This document shows positions 39,357-53,222 of a stretch of DNA of 64,000 bases, piece by piece. Under the pieces are notes generated by a model. The model made no database searches and had not been told where the DNA came from. It saw nothing but the letters and a program-made list of their open reading frames with translations. The stretch covers positions 23,994,001 through 24,058,000 of the forward strand of contig OX597819.1 of the NCBI GenBank assembly GCA_951406725.2. The letters run 5' to 3'. Numbering within the stretch: the stretch's first letter is position 1; each line of letters opens with the position of its first letter. Position numbers and translations under genes: made by a program. This stretch comes from Octopus vulgaris (Eukaryota).

Positions 39357-39571
39357 TTATTATTATTATTATTCAGGTCACTGCCTGGAATCGAAGTCGG
39401 GATCTTGGGGTTAGTAGCCCGCGCTCTTAACCACTACGCCATATGCCCACGGAATGAGAACACAGGCTCGAAATTTCCTCAAGACACCTGATGAAGACTG
39501 GAGGGTATATCAGCCGAACAACAAACAAGATGAGGACAAATATCCGTCAATTGTAAATAATGTAAATAATG
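38983..39571 (-). mobile_element. tRNA-headed, hammerhead-tailed SINE-like element with Penelope-type inverted terminal copy
   Basis: Minus head 39448-39373 (A box TGGCGTAGTGG, B-box-like TTCGATTCC); simple-repeat linker; HHR-bearing tail; inverted tail copy 39451-39571; 13-bp TSD TCAACTGTTTATA at 38970-38982 and 39572-39584. Confidence 0.8.
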
Positions 39572-39696
39572 TCAACTGTTTATATTTTGAATAATTTTGA
39601 AGGGAATCCACCTGAGTTACGTTATTAATGTGGAAAGAACGAAAAAAAAAGAGAAAAAATTGTATTTGGAGAATAGGTAAGGACATCTTTTATCAG

Positions 39697-39915
39697 TTAT
39701 TTGTTCCAGTCATGAGACTGCGGCCATGCTGGGGCACTTACTTGAAGGATTTTTAGTCGCATGAATCGACCAAAGTACTTAATTTTTCAGGCCTGGCACT
39801 TATTCTATCGGAATGTTTTGCTGAGGAGCTAAGTCATGGGGATATGGGGACCTAAAGATACCAACACCGGTTGTCAAGCAGTGGTAGGGGACAAATACAG
39901 ACCCCCTCCAACAGA

Positions 39916-40004
<89 letters not shown>

Positions 40005-40170
40005 GCATACCACAGGCTTCTTTCAGTTTCCGTCCATCAAATCCACTCACAAAGCTTTGGTCGGCTGGGGACTATAATAGAAGACACTCACCTAAGGTGC
40101 CACGCAGTGGAACTGAACTCAGAACCGGGCGGTTGCGACGGAAAATTTTACTCCACACCCACGCCTGCGT
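39697..40170 (-). mobile_element. SINE family C with internal (TATC)n
   Basis: Colinear with 28298-28720. Confidence 0.8.
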
Positions 40171-40566
40171 CTGGTGAGATTTTTTAAGGAAGATGTTTAA
40201 AGATAATAGAAGAGAAGAGAAAGAGAAAGAGAGAAGGAGAAGGAAATCGACAGACAGTGAGAGAGAGAAAGAGGGAAGACAGATAGACAGACAGACATAC
40301 ATACAGAGGAGTGAGACAATGGGAGAGACAGATAACAGACAGAGGGTAGTGAATGAGAGAAAGACAAACGGAGGAGAGAGGTGTTGGAAGCGTTATATAT
40401 GCGAGAATGTGGAAATTAAAGAAGGAAGGACATATAAACACACATGCGTCGTAGTTCGGACATAAGCATTGACACTGAACTGAAAAAGTGTGGGAGACAT
40501 GTGAATAAAAAGTAAGGGTGGAGTAGATAGATAAGCAAATAGACAAACAGGCAAATAAACGACAAG

Positions 40567-40608
<42 letters not shown>

Positions 40609-40672
40609 TAGTAGGTACATGCATACGAGCATGAACATAAATGTGAATATATATATATATATATATATATAT

Positions 40673-40750
40673 TGGCACAGTATTGGCTGTGTGCTAAGAA
40701 GCTTGCCTCCCAACCACAAGGTTTTGGGTTGGTTCAGTCCCATTGCGCGG

Positions 40751-40781
<31 letters not shown>

Positions 40782-40980
40782 TTATGTATATGTGTGGATG
40801 TGTGTGAGTGTCCTCTCAAACCGCTTGTCAACCGGTGTTGGTGTGTGTACGAATTTAGCAGTTCGATAAAAGCGACCGATAGAATAATAAGTACCAGGCA
40901 TTAAAAAGAAAAAGTTATTGGGGAGGGGGGCGATTCATTCGACTAAAATTCTCTAATGACCGAAGCAAGTAAAAGAACAA
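40673..40980 (+). mobile_element. SINE family C, diverged
   Basis: Head and tail segments match family C. Confidence 0.65.
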
Positions 40981-41002
40981 AAGAAGGAGTATATTTATAT
41001 AC

Positions 41003-41345
41003 TCTTTACTCTTTTACTTGTTTCAGTCATTTCACTCCGCCCATTCTGGAGCACCGCCTTCAGTCGAGCAAACCGACCCCTGGCCTTTTTCTTTGTAAGC
41101 CTCGTACTTATTCTATCGGTCTCTTTTGCTGAACCACTAAGTTACGGGGACGTAAACACACCAGCATCGGTTGTCAAGCGGTGTTGGGGGGACAAACACC
41201 CCCCACACCCACACACACATGCATATATATATATATATATACGACGGGCTTCTTTCGGTTTCCGTCTACGAAATCCACTCACAAGGCTTTGGTCTGCCCG
41301 AGGCTATAGTAGAAGACACTTGCCCAAGATGTTACGTTGTGGGAC
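41003..41345 (-). mobile_element. SINE family C, 5'-truncated
   Basis: Colinear with 28298-28660. Confidence 0.85.
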
Positions 41346-41635
41346 TGACGTATAGTGGTTAGGGAGTTGCAGTCGCGATCATGAGAGCGTGGTTTCAATT
41401 CCTTAACCGGGTGGCGTGTTGTGTTCTTAAGCAAAACACTTAAATCTCACATTGCTCTGCGATCACTTCGATACCTGACATGGTACACCGTGCACCTGTT
41501 CAGGCAACTGTGATTTGAGGGAGAGGATTGAGTTTCTACATTTGATCATACATTTGATCAAAATAAACAAACCATTTGTGCAGTTTGTTCGGCAAAAACT
41601 GAAGACTCATACGTTGTCTTCGGCGACAGAGTTCA
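41346..41635 (+). mobile_element. tRNA/CORE-like SINE, diverged
   Basis: A/B-box remnants (TAGTGGTTAGGG...GTTTCAATTCC) then GTGTTCTTAAGCAAAACACTT. Confidence 0.55.
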
Positions 41636-42519
41636 TTATATTGAATCCTTAATCCCTACACATTGCATCTCGATCGTTTTTTATTTTTCGATCTCTCCCC
41701 ATTTTGTTCTCTCTCAGCCCTTTCTGTTGAAGAGAGTAGGCTCGAAACGTTAAAGATTTTTTCATTCTTCCTGAGCGCCAAACTACTAATACGCCTGCTT
41801 TTTGTTGCCTCACCTATCTTCGGCTTTTCTTTTCTGTAAATTCGAACTAGACACACACACACACACACACATACACACACACAGACACACAGACACACAC
41901 ACATACATACATACATACATACACACACACACATACACACACATACACACACATAATCGAAAAAGAGAAAATGGAATTCATGAAATTTTTTATTAATCAC
42001 AATGATCGTTTCGACCCATCTCACAATGGTCCCTCGCGGGTGTGCTTCTGGACAACTTGTTGTGGTATATCCTGCAGGGCAGACGTGTCTCGTCAGTTAC
42101 AATGCATTTCGTTATTTGCCTGTAGTTGGTTGCATACAAGGTCTCATATTTTGGAATGACATGGACTGAATACAGTTAATTTCTTTTATACGTAACGGTC
42201 CTACGTATTTTGTGTTTAATCTATGATTAAACACACACAAAAAAGAAAAAGCTTATTTTGAATAGTGTACAATGAACTGGTACTATTCGTGCCTTGATAA
42301 ATCTTTATCATAAAGTCATAAAAAAGATAGAACTATCTCATAGGAAACGAACGTATTAAGGATAACGGCACACTTGCATGGTTAATCAAAATTTGGCGAC
42401 TCCATAGTGGCATTTTATGGATACATACGGAAGCACATTCGCCCCTCTCACCTCTGTATTATAGATACCCAGCTGTGTGGATAAACACACACACATACAC
42501 ACACACACATTGATACAGG

Positions 42520-42845
<326 letters not shown>

Positions 42846-44055
42846 GATTACTAGACAAATTCACAGACTGAAAACGATGCGAGAGAAGAGAAGGTAAATT
42901 ATGGAGTGTGAGATGAGAGGAGGTAAAGAGAAATAGAGAGTAAATGTAAATAACGAAGAGAAAGACGAAAGTGTGAAGAATAAAGGATATCTAAAGATAT
43001 AATGAGGTACAAAGTGGAAAGTGAGTGAGTGTGTGTGTGAAAGGGAGAGAGAGAGAGGGAGAGAGAAAGAGAGAGAAAGAGAGAGGAAAGGAAAGCAAGA
43101 GAGGAGAAACTGGGGAAAAGAAGGAAGGAATTTAAAAGGACATATAAAGATGAGAGAGACAGGGAGAGAGAGAGGGAGGGAAGGAGAGAGATACAATGAG
43201 AAAGACTTGTAGAAAGATTTAAATAAACACAGGAACTTATAAAGAAAGCATAAAAAGTTGTTTAAAAATAATAAACGAAAATAACAAAAAGAATTATAAA
43301 AAAGTAACAATCAAAAACATTAAAAAATCAAACGCAGAAACAAAAAAAATAGTAAAGTTTGTTTTGATAAGTTGTCACGCCTATCAAGTGTTTATTCACT
43401 GTAACTCTATCCTTCTCTCAGCCAGTTTAAGGACTGGCAAGTACAGGTAAATATTATATGCCTTGCTGAAGATGACTAATAAGGCTGAAACACATTCGGA
43501 GTTACCCTTAATGTACGGAGATCGAACCCCCCCTCCCTCCTGCTTAATGATATCTTAAATTCTAATGAATTTGTATTTCGAAGTTCATTCTTCTGTTTCT
43601 TAAAATTTATTACTAATTTTTAAGGCATCGAGTTGGCCGAATCGTCTGCACCTCGGAAAAAAAAAATATTCAGCGATATTCCTTCCGGCCCTTGATGATC
43701 TTAGTTCGAATTCCACCGTATCAAACCTTGCCTTCTATCCGTTAAAGATCAATGAAATAAGCATCAGTCGATTGTTATTGTTGATAACTTGTCCTTGCTA
43801 TCATAACTGCTAGCCTTGTGTCAATATTAGAAAAATTATTAGAATTACGTTAACATTATTCTTTTTCTCTATTTTTCTCCTCTCTACGAACATAATGTTC
43901 ATTAAATAAGCACTTTTGGCTCACTGTTCTCTGCACTCTCAATCACCCAAAAGCAAAGAGCATAGGTCACTTCAATGCAAAATTGTTGAGGAAAAGAAAG
44001 GGGAGGATTAATGTTACAAAACTCAATATATACAAGTATATTTCAGAAAGCGAAA

Positions 44056-44270
44056 AGACGGCGAGCTGGTTGAGTCGTTAGCACGCCTGGAAAAATGCTT
44101 AGTGATATTTCGTTCGTCTTTACGTTCTAAGTTCAAATTCCGCCGAGGTCGACTTTGCCTTTCATTCTTATGAGGTGGATAAAATAAGTACAAGTTGAGC
44201 ACTGGGGTTGATGTAATCGTCTAACCCTTCCCCAGATATCGCTAGCTTTGTGCCAAAATTTGAAACCATA
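44056..44270 (+). mobile_element. SINE family B (alternative 3' tail)
   Basis: GGCGAGCTGG head, GTTCAAATTCC B box, family-B core. Confidence 0.85.
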
Positions 44271-44847
44271 TTTCAGCTAGCGAATAAAAAAAGATGATAA
44301 TGAATTATTTGATAAAAAATATAAATGAAATAAGACAAGCCTTGTATCAACGCAACTGAAGAAGGAACTGATGCCAACAGAATACAGTAAATAAGATGAC
44401 AATAAAATAAGAGTTTGGAAAATATTGACGATTAAAGTGTTAAACATAAAATAGTTAATGTATGTTTTTGGCGATTTTTAGTAGAATTTTAGCCCTGATT
44501 GAGTCGACTTACGATGAAAAACATTTCTGGCATGTGCATTATTTCTCTTATTTCGGACATAGACTCTCTAGGGCTACATTATCAAACGTGTTCTTCTATT
44601 TTAAGACATCAGGACAAGATTTGATAGAGATTTATATATTCTGTTTGAAGCAGGTGAATCCATTGGTCGTAGTTGGGTCATATAGTTTTGTGCTTGTCAT
44701 TCAATACTTTACGCCACTGAGGTGTGTGGCTGAGCTGTGGTATTCCTGTTAGAGGGTATTAGTCGACCATATCGATTCCACTAATAATTTCCATCTGGTA
44801 TTTAATTAATCAATCTATATCGTATCGACTGGATAAGCTATTTTGAA

Positions 44848-45215
44848 ATCATCATCATCATTCTTCGACCGTGATCGAGACAATGGAATTTACCATGCTA
44901 CGCCAGACTTCATGGTCCATCATGGCATTACGGAGGTCCTGTTGCTGGATGCCTGTATCCCTGGAGATTACATCAGGGTAGGAGAGTGTGCGCCCTCTGG
45001 TATTGCGGGTAGATGGCTTCCAGAGGAGAAGAGTAGAGATTACCTCTTTTTCAGCTCTACAACAATGTCCAGCAAACTGGACTCTCCTACCTTTCACAAG
45101 AGATGACAAAGGTGGTAGTTTCTCATATACTTGCATTTTGGTTGGATGGCGCTTCCACGAGAGATTTTGAGCTCTCATAAGGAGGCGAGTGTAGGTTCGA
45201 TCCAACCGCCTCTCA
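44848..45215 (-). mobile_element. RTE-clade LINE 3' end with (TGA)n tail
   Basis: LDRTYTRLLM, RRVQFAGHCCR, AMMDHEVWR, then short (TGA)n. Confidence 0.85.
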
Positions 45216-45271
45216 AGTTTTAGTTTAACATATAAACTCATGCGCAGATTAAAAAAAAACAACTTCATACC

Positions 45272-45440
45272 ACATAGGCGTGGATGTATGGTATGAAGTT
45301 TGATTCCCAACTGCATGGTTCCGGGCTCACTCCCACTGCGTGGCACTTTGGACAAGTGTCTTGTACTCTTCTAACTCCAGGCCATCCAAACCTTTCTGAG
45401 TGGATCTGGTAGGCGGAAACTGAAAGAGGTCTGTCGTACA
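45272..45440 (+). mobile_element. SINE family C head
   Basis: Matches the family-C 5' region. Confidence 0.75.
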
Positions 45441-45480
45441 CGCACTCACACATAAACACACGCACAATATATATATAATT

Positions 45481-45538
<58 letters not shown>

Positions 45539-45568
45539 TACACAATATATATGTTTATATATGTATAT

Positions 45569-45612
<44 letters not shown>

Positions 45613-45614
45613 TG

Positions 45615-45645
<31 letters not shown>

Positions 45646-45861
45646 ATGGTGGCCCATATCACTCTGGATTTTATCCTTTGGCTTGTCCAGCATGGGAGAT
45701 ACCCCCACCCAAAAGGAACTTGCTCTTCGTTGGCATAAATCAGAGCCATTGAGCAACAACAAGGACTGAACCTTCTGGTGGTAACAGACGTTGACATCAT
45801 TTTAAAGATTAGAGAAAAATATCACCTACCCCGGACTAATGAGAACTCTACTGGTACTAAA

Positions 45862-46190
45862 TTGGCACTCCGTCGGTTACGATGACGCATGTTCTCGGTG
45901 ATCCGTTCAACGGAACAATCTGCTCCTGGAATTAATGTGCAAGTGGCTGAGCACTCCACAGGCATGTGTATCCTTAACGTAGTTCTCAGGGAGAATCAGC
46001 GTGACACAAAGTGTGACACAGCTGGCACTATAGAATACAAGTGCCACTAATTTATGCCAGCTGGGTGGATGGACTGGAGCAACGTGAAATAAAGTGTCTT
46101 CCTCAAGGACACAACGCATCGCCGGGAATTGAACTCACGACCATACGTTCCCGAGCCAAATACTTTAACCAATAAGCTACGCACCTTCAC
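45862..46190 (-). mobile_element. tRNA/CORE-like SINE with family-A tail X
   Basis: Different head (GAGTTCAATTCCC; GTGTCCTTGAGGAAGACACTT) joined to the same tail as 276-679 (GTGTCACGCTGA...GTAACCGACGGAGTGC). Confidence 0.85.
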
Positions 46191-46268
46191 CTGCAGATAC
46201 ACCAACTGGATTATAGTTTAACATTTATACACGTAAATACTGTGGAACTTATATATATATGAGTAAAA

Positions 46269-46497
46269 GGCGGCGAGCTGGCAGAAACGTTAGCGCGCCG
46301 GGCGGAATGCTTTGCGGTATTTCGTCTGTCGTTACGTTCTGGGTTCAAATTCCGCCGAGGTCGACTTTTCCTTTCATCCTTTCGGGGTCGATAAATAAAA
46401 GTACCAGTTTCGCACTGGGGTCGATGTAATCGACTTAATCCCTTTGTCTGTCCTTGTTTGTCCTCTCTATGTTTAGCCCCTTGTGGGTAGTAAAGAA
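46269..46497 (+). mobile_element. SINE family B, full length
   Basis: GGCGGCGAGCTGGCAGAAACG head, GGTTCAAATTCC B box; TSD ATATATATGAGTAAAA. Confidence 0.92.
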
Positions 46498-46766
46498 ATA
46501 TATATGAGTAAAAACTCACTACTAGTCTTGAGAAGCCGGCCTTCTCAAAACCAGGAAGGACACCGTGTTAATTAAGAAATTATAGCTACAAACCATTAAT
46601 GGAAATGTAGAAATATACCGAACAATCTAGATGCTCACTATGTGATGAGTACATATACATAAATACGAGGAAACACACAAACATGTATACACATACATAA
46701 GTCAGAATATAAAGATTCACTTATACAGTGACAAACATGTTCAAATACACACTCACACGTACACAC

Positions 46767-46807
<41 letters not shown>

Positions 46808-46871
46808 TATATATATATACATGTACATTTATATCTATATATACGTACAAATAGCTATATATATATATGTA

Positions 46872-46914
<43 letters not shown>

Positions 46915-47095
46915 AATATATATGTATATATATATACGTACATATATATATATATATATCCATTACAGACACACACACACACTTGCATATATGTCTATGT
47001 ACCTACATAACAAAAAATGTGTGTGCATGTATATGTCTGTGTGTGTGCGTGAGAGAGCGAGAAAGCAAGAGTGACAGACAGATAGATAGGTAGGC

Positions 47096-47150
<55 letters not shown>

Positions 47151-47449
47151 CTACCCGTGGCTGCCAAGAGAACTATTTAACCACACAGACATGTCTGCAC
47201 CTGGAACGTGTTGACTAAAGAAGTATTGTTGTTTTAATCACCATGACAACAACAGCAACAACGATGATGGCAATGACAGCGAAGGGGACGACGACGACGA
47301 CGACGACGGGACGGCAATAACAGCGACAAGAATAACAGTGCTCACTCAGCCACCACCCACTACAGTACTCGCCACCCCCGAAAAAAAAATCAACCAGCTC
47401 ATCAAAAGAGAACACGGGTCCAAGGCTGAAACCTCTAATTGTTCTTTTC

Positions 47450-47944
47450 TACTCTAAGGCACAAGGACTGAAATTTTTGGGGTGGGGGGGGGGGGCAGTC
47501 GATTAGATCGACTCCAGTACGCAACTGGTACTTAATTTATCGACCCCGAAAGAATGAATGGCAAAGTCGACCTCGGCGGAATTTGAACTCAGAATGTACT
47601 CATTCTTACGGGCGAAATGCTTAGCGGTATTTCGTCTGCCGTTACGTTGTGAGTTCAAATTCCGCCGAGGTCGACTATGCCTTTCATCCTTTCGGGGTCG
47701 ATAAATTAAGTACCAGTTACGCACTGGGGTCGATGTAATCGACTTAATACCTATGTCTGTCCTTGTTTGTCCCCTCTATGTTTAGCCCCTTGTGGGTAAT
47801 AAAGAAATAGGTACTTAATTTATCGACCCCGAAAGGATGAAAGGCAAAGTCGACTTCGGCGGAATTTGAACTCAGAACGTAAAGACAGACGAAGCACTGC
47901 TAAGCATTTCGCCCGGCGTGCTGACGTTTCTGCCAGCTCACGGC
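47450..47944. mobile_element. Nested SINE-B cluster (minus / plus / minus)
   Basis: Plus copy 47610-47811 inside a minus copy with a ~68-bp flanking duplication. Confidence 0.85.
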
Positions 47945-48275
47945 TTTACAATCTAATTATTCTATAATAGCAATGGCAATGGTAACTACAACAGCAGCAA
48001 GAATAGCAGAAGTAGCAGTACATCCACTACCACTATATTACCACCACCACCACCACCACCACACCATTACTACTGCTGCTGCAGTATTTAGTCCTTGTAT
48101 TGTCCTTTTTGTACACCCTGATGATTTTCCATCCAAAGTATTTTAAAATGCAAGATTATATATTTATGTATGTTTTGTGGTTACAATCTTGGTTGTAAAA
48201 TGAAGCAATTGTAGGTGAATATGTTAATTAATTAAGAAATTAATTTGTAACCATTAGACCTCTCAGTTTTCAAAC

Positions 48276-48338
<63 letters not shown>

Positions 48339-48340
<2 letters not shown>

Positions 48341-49128
48341 TCTTATTAACCCGGAACTACCAAACCAATGTGATAAAAAAATGGAGCTGACACAAAATGC
48401 CGATCTGAAACATGAGATTGAAACAATAGACCACCTAATCTCAGGGTGTAGAGTCTTAGCACCTGCAGAATATAAAGCAAGACATGACAGAGTCGGCCAG
48501 TATTTAAACTGGACAATATGTCGGCATTATAAAATCAAAACCGCTGACAAATGGTATAAACGCCATCCTGAAGCTGTGACTGAAGGAGAAAATGTGTCGA
48601 TTCTATGGGACTTCCCCGTACACACCGACAAAACTATAAAAGCTAATAAACCGGTTATTATCATAAAAGATCAGGCAAGAAGGATGTGTTTATTAATTGA
48701 CATGAGTATTCCTTGCGATCACAATATAGCGGCGAAAGAATTTGACAAGATTAGTAAATATAAAGACTTGCTAATAGAAATTGAAAAGATGTGGCATCTC
48801 AAGTCGACTACAGTACCAGTGATTGTAGGATATCTAGGAATGATAAAAAAAGGTACTGAAACCTATTTGAAAATGATTCCAGGCTTACCATCCCTACAGG
48901 AAGTGCAAAAAATCGTGTTAACTGGAATGGCTCATGTACTGAGAAGAGCATTATCGCTGTGAAAACAACATCCATTCATGAATTTATTTATTCATTAATT
49001 TTTTAAATACATATTTTACCTGTGGATTTGCGTGTGTAATCTGGGAATGCATACAATGAACTTCTCTACCCTAGGTGTACGGAAAACACTCGGCGAGAAA
49101 CGGTAGAAAATTTGAAGAAAGAAGGAAA
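48339..49128 (+). mobile_element. R4/Dong-like LINE 3' fragment (CCHC knuckle + RLE)
   Basis: ETIDHLISGC, RHDRV, LWDFPVHTDKTIKANKP, IDMSIP, KYKDL; (AAT)n both sides. Confidence 0.9.
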
Positions 49129-49189
<61 letters not shown>

Positions 49190-49190
49190 C

Positions 49191-49246
<56 letters not shown>

Positions 49247-49247
49247 C

Positions 49248-49301
<54 letters not shown>

Positions 49302-49307
49302 CATATT

Positions 49308-50344
49308 TCTATATATATAAAACTGAGAATGTGTGTCTGTCTGTATGTCTGTCTGTTTCCCTAAAACTTGAGAACTGCACAACCAATTTCATCCAAATTT
49401 TACACATGCCTTACTTAGGGTCCGGAGAGTGTCATCGGCAAAAAAAAAAAATGTTCAACCTCTTGCCTAGAGCGAGCCCAAAGCAATATCATATCTTCTC
49501 CACTATTTCAGTATTACGTGTTAAAAGTGAAACAAAAACATTTCTCTATTTTATGTCAGATGCTTTCACTTTAACAATAAAAATAATAATAACAATTGAA
49601 TTATATGTAGTAAGTAATAATTAAAATCAAACTAAAGTATAATATAATCGTAACATAACAAAAGTAAAAATAGCAATTCGTATAAAATTGCATCAATGAT
49701 TTGAACTTGAATAAGTGGTTTCACATGAATGGGAATAAATAAAAAATAAAATTAGCGTGCAGAAATAGAATAGTCCAGATAGATAATAAAAAATTAAATT
49801 AAAGAAATGACTATTGTCTATAAAGTATACAATGTAGAGAAAAAAGATTTGAACACCTGGAGGAAAGCACCTTCGAAAAGTGTCTTGGCGCGACTATGAA
49901 AGATATCTAAACAGAGGCGTTAAATTCGCCACTATAGAAGCAAGGTTCGAGTCAACGGAGCGTGCAAGGGAGTACTCGACTCGAACTTGCAAAGAGGAAA
50001 TATTTTATTTTTACCTTTATATCTGGGACGTAGGACGTCCCGGATAAAAATTCAAAATGCCCCCCCCCCCAGCAGTAGAGGTAGGCTGGATTGTAGCCAC
50101 ACTTCTATACAAGAGGGAGGACAAGATACAATTGATCGAAATTGCAAGAGACGGGCTTACAATTTCAGTCTGTTATATATTTTGAGTATTGTTATCACTA
50201 GCGATATCAAGATATAACTTTGTATTTTGCATTTTATGTGTAGATGTATATATATATAGATGTACATGTAATATGTACACATATATATACACATATATAC
50301 ATGCACTAGCACTATGACCCAGCAACGACGGGTCTTAATGCTAG
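49308..50344 (+). mobile_element. Non-autonomous Helitron
   Basis: Starts TCTATATATATAAAA; ends hairpin GACCCAGCAACGACGGGTC then CTAG|T. Confidence 0.8.
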
Positions 50345-50382
50345 TATATATATATATATATATATATTTATTATATAGAAGG

Positions 50383-50433
50383 AGCTTCTACAGGACTAGT
50401 ACTGTTTCATTCAAGAGAAATCTTCAGGAAGCT
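50383..50433 (-). ncRNA. Type-I hammerhead ribozyme at the Naiad 3' end
   Basis: Reverse complement of 56709-56759. Confidence 0.85.
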
Positions 50434-51355
50434 ATTTAACAAGAATTGTATTAGCATTTATACATTTAGGCAGGTTTAAAGGAGTGGTGGTGGGGGACTT
50501 TTTGGGGGTAGGCATAGCGCAAAATATCATACTTGGGGGAGTGGTCAAGGAGTCAGTGGTAAGTTAGATGAAAGAATAGATAAATAAAAAAATAAAAAAA
50601 TATAAAAAAATAAAAAAATAAAAAAATAATAATAAAATAAAATAAAAAAAATAAAAAAATAAAAAAAAATAAAAAATATAAAAAATATATATAAAAAATA
50701 TATATATAAAATATATATATACAAAAATATATATATAAAAAAAGGGGGGATAGAGTTATAGGTAAATAAGGAGATTCTCACTTATACCTATACACACATG
50801 TATACGTATCTACACACACATACATACATACACATATATATACACACACATATACATATATACATATATATACATATATATACATACCTACACATACACA
50901 CATACATACATACAAACATACATATACATATATATATATACAATCCAATACAGGCCCATTCCCTAATTTTAATTTTATTATCTTCATTTATTACTTTTGT
51001 TATCTTTGATCGCTAGGGCTAAGAATCCTGGCAATGGCTGCATGTCCATTTGTCTGTCTACTAGAAGGCAAGTACTCATTCCCGCACGCACACTCATTAG
51101 CACGTACATTCACCCATTCGTACACTCATACACATACACGTACGCACGCGTTATATTCATACATACAAACATCTACATACGTTCACGTATATACACATAC
51201 GTACTCGTACCTACAGATTCGTGTCTACACTTTAGGAGGCTAGTCTATACATATACACCAATAAATATACATATATATATATATACCCGCATATACATAC
51301 ACACACACACATATGTACTCCTACATACAGATACATACCTATCTATATATATATA

Positions 51356-51402
<47 letters not shown>

Positions 51403-51892
51403 CATACACATACACACATACATATACACACACATACATACACATATATATACATACACAAACATATATACACACATATATATATACATACACACATACA
51501 CACATACATACGTATACATACATACATACATCCATACATCCATACTTACATGCATTTATACGCATACACACACCCATCTATATATATGTATATATATATA
51601 TATATATATACACACTCACACATACATATACAAATCTACGCACACACATACATACATACACGTATACGCATACACGCACATACACATATACATGCGTACC
51701 CATACACGTGCACACACGCACGCGCATCCATATATATACACACACACACATATATATACACGTGTGCAAGCATACATACATACTCATACGCGCACACATA
51801 CTTACAAATACATATATGCACACACTTACACACATATATATACATACACATATACATGCATACATACATATATGCATACATACACACACGCA

Positions 51893-51944
<52 letters not shown>

Positions 51945-52005
51945 TATACATATATAGATATATATACACATACATACACATACACATACATACACACATA
52001 TACAC

Positions 52006-52042
<37 letters not shown>

Positions 52043-52544
52043 TACATATATACACATATACATACATATACATACACACACACATACATATATACATATA
52101 CACTGATACACATACCCATACATACACATGCATATACTTATATCACTACATACTCACATATATAAACATATATACATATACACACATACATATATACATG
52201 TACATACACATACGTATGCATATATATATATATACATATATATACACATATACATATATACATGTACATACACATACACACATACATACACACATATACA
52301 TGTATACATACGCAAAAATGATACACATATATACACATACACACACACAGACAGATGCATATACATACATATATATATATAAACTACATATCTATATAAA
52401 TACATACATAATACACATATACACACACATATATATACATTCATGCATATACATATACAAGTATACATACACATACATACACACACACGCGCACACATAC
52501 ATATACACACACACATATATATACAAATACATACATACACACAT

Positions 52545-52580
<36 letters not shown>

Positions 52581-52946
52581 ACATGTACACATATACATAT
52601 GTATATATATATCAACAAGGGAGGGTAAAGTTAATTAGTTATTAATCAATTTCATCAAGTGTTCAGTATGTAAAGGGACCATTATTATTTTGAGTAAACA
52701 ATGTTAGAGGGAAAAAAATTCTCTAAGTAGTGGAAGAGGCTAAAAAACTTTATTGGCTGCTATTTCTAGAAAGTTTAGTATGTGGCAAAGTAATTTATTT
52801 TATTTTCCTAAGCCCTAATTATATAATATTTTATACATACATACACATACATAAGCACATACATTTACACATACATATGCATATACATATATACACATAT
52901 ACATACAAACACATATACACATATACACACACACACACATACAAGC

Positions 52947-52997
<51 letters not shown>

Positions 52998-53222
52998 AAT
53001 ATATATACATATATATTTTTTTACATGCATACATACACACACACACACATAATACATGCGTATATTCCTACTGTACCCATGCATTTCTATACAAATATAC
53101 ATACATACATACGATACACATATACAAGCGTGCACATATAATATGTGAAAGGTCTTAGGAGAAAAGGTAATCGGGGGTGCTAGGGGAACAGTGGGGTTGG
53201 GGGGGTTGTAGGGGGGTTGTCA

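Noticed and set aside
39373-39448. tRNA gene call (ACT anticodon-like loop) for the head of the HHR element, and for other SINE heads
   Set aside because: Acceptor stem is not properly paired and the heads continue into repeat bodies with TSDs; they are tRNA-derived promoters, not tRNA genes.
45650-45795. Possible RTE 5'-UTR relic with an HDV-like ribozyme
   Set aside because: Too diverged to fold or assign by eye.
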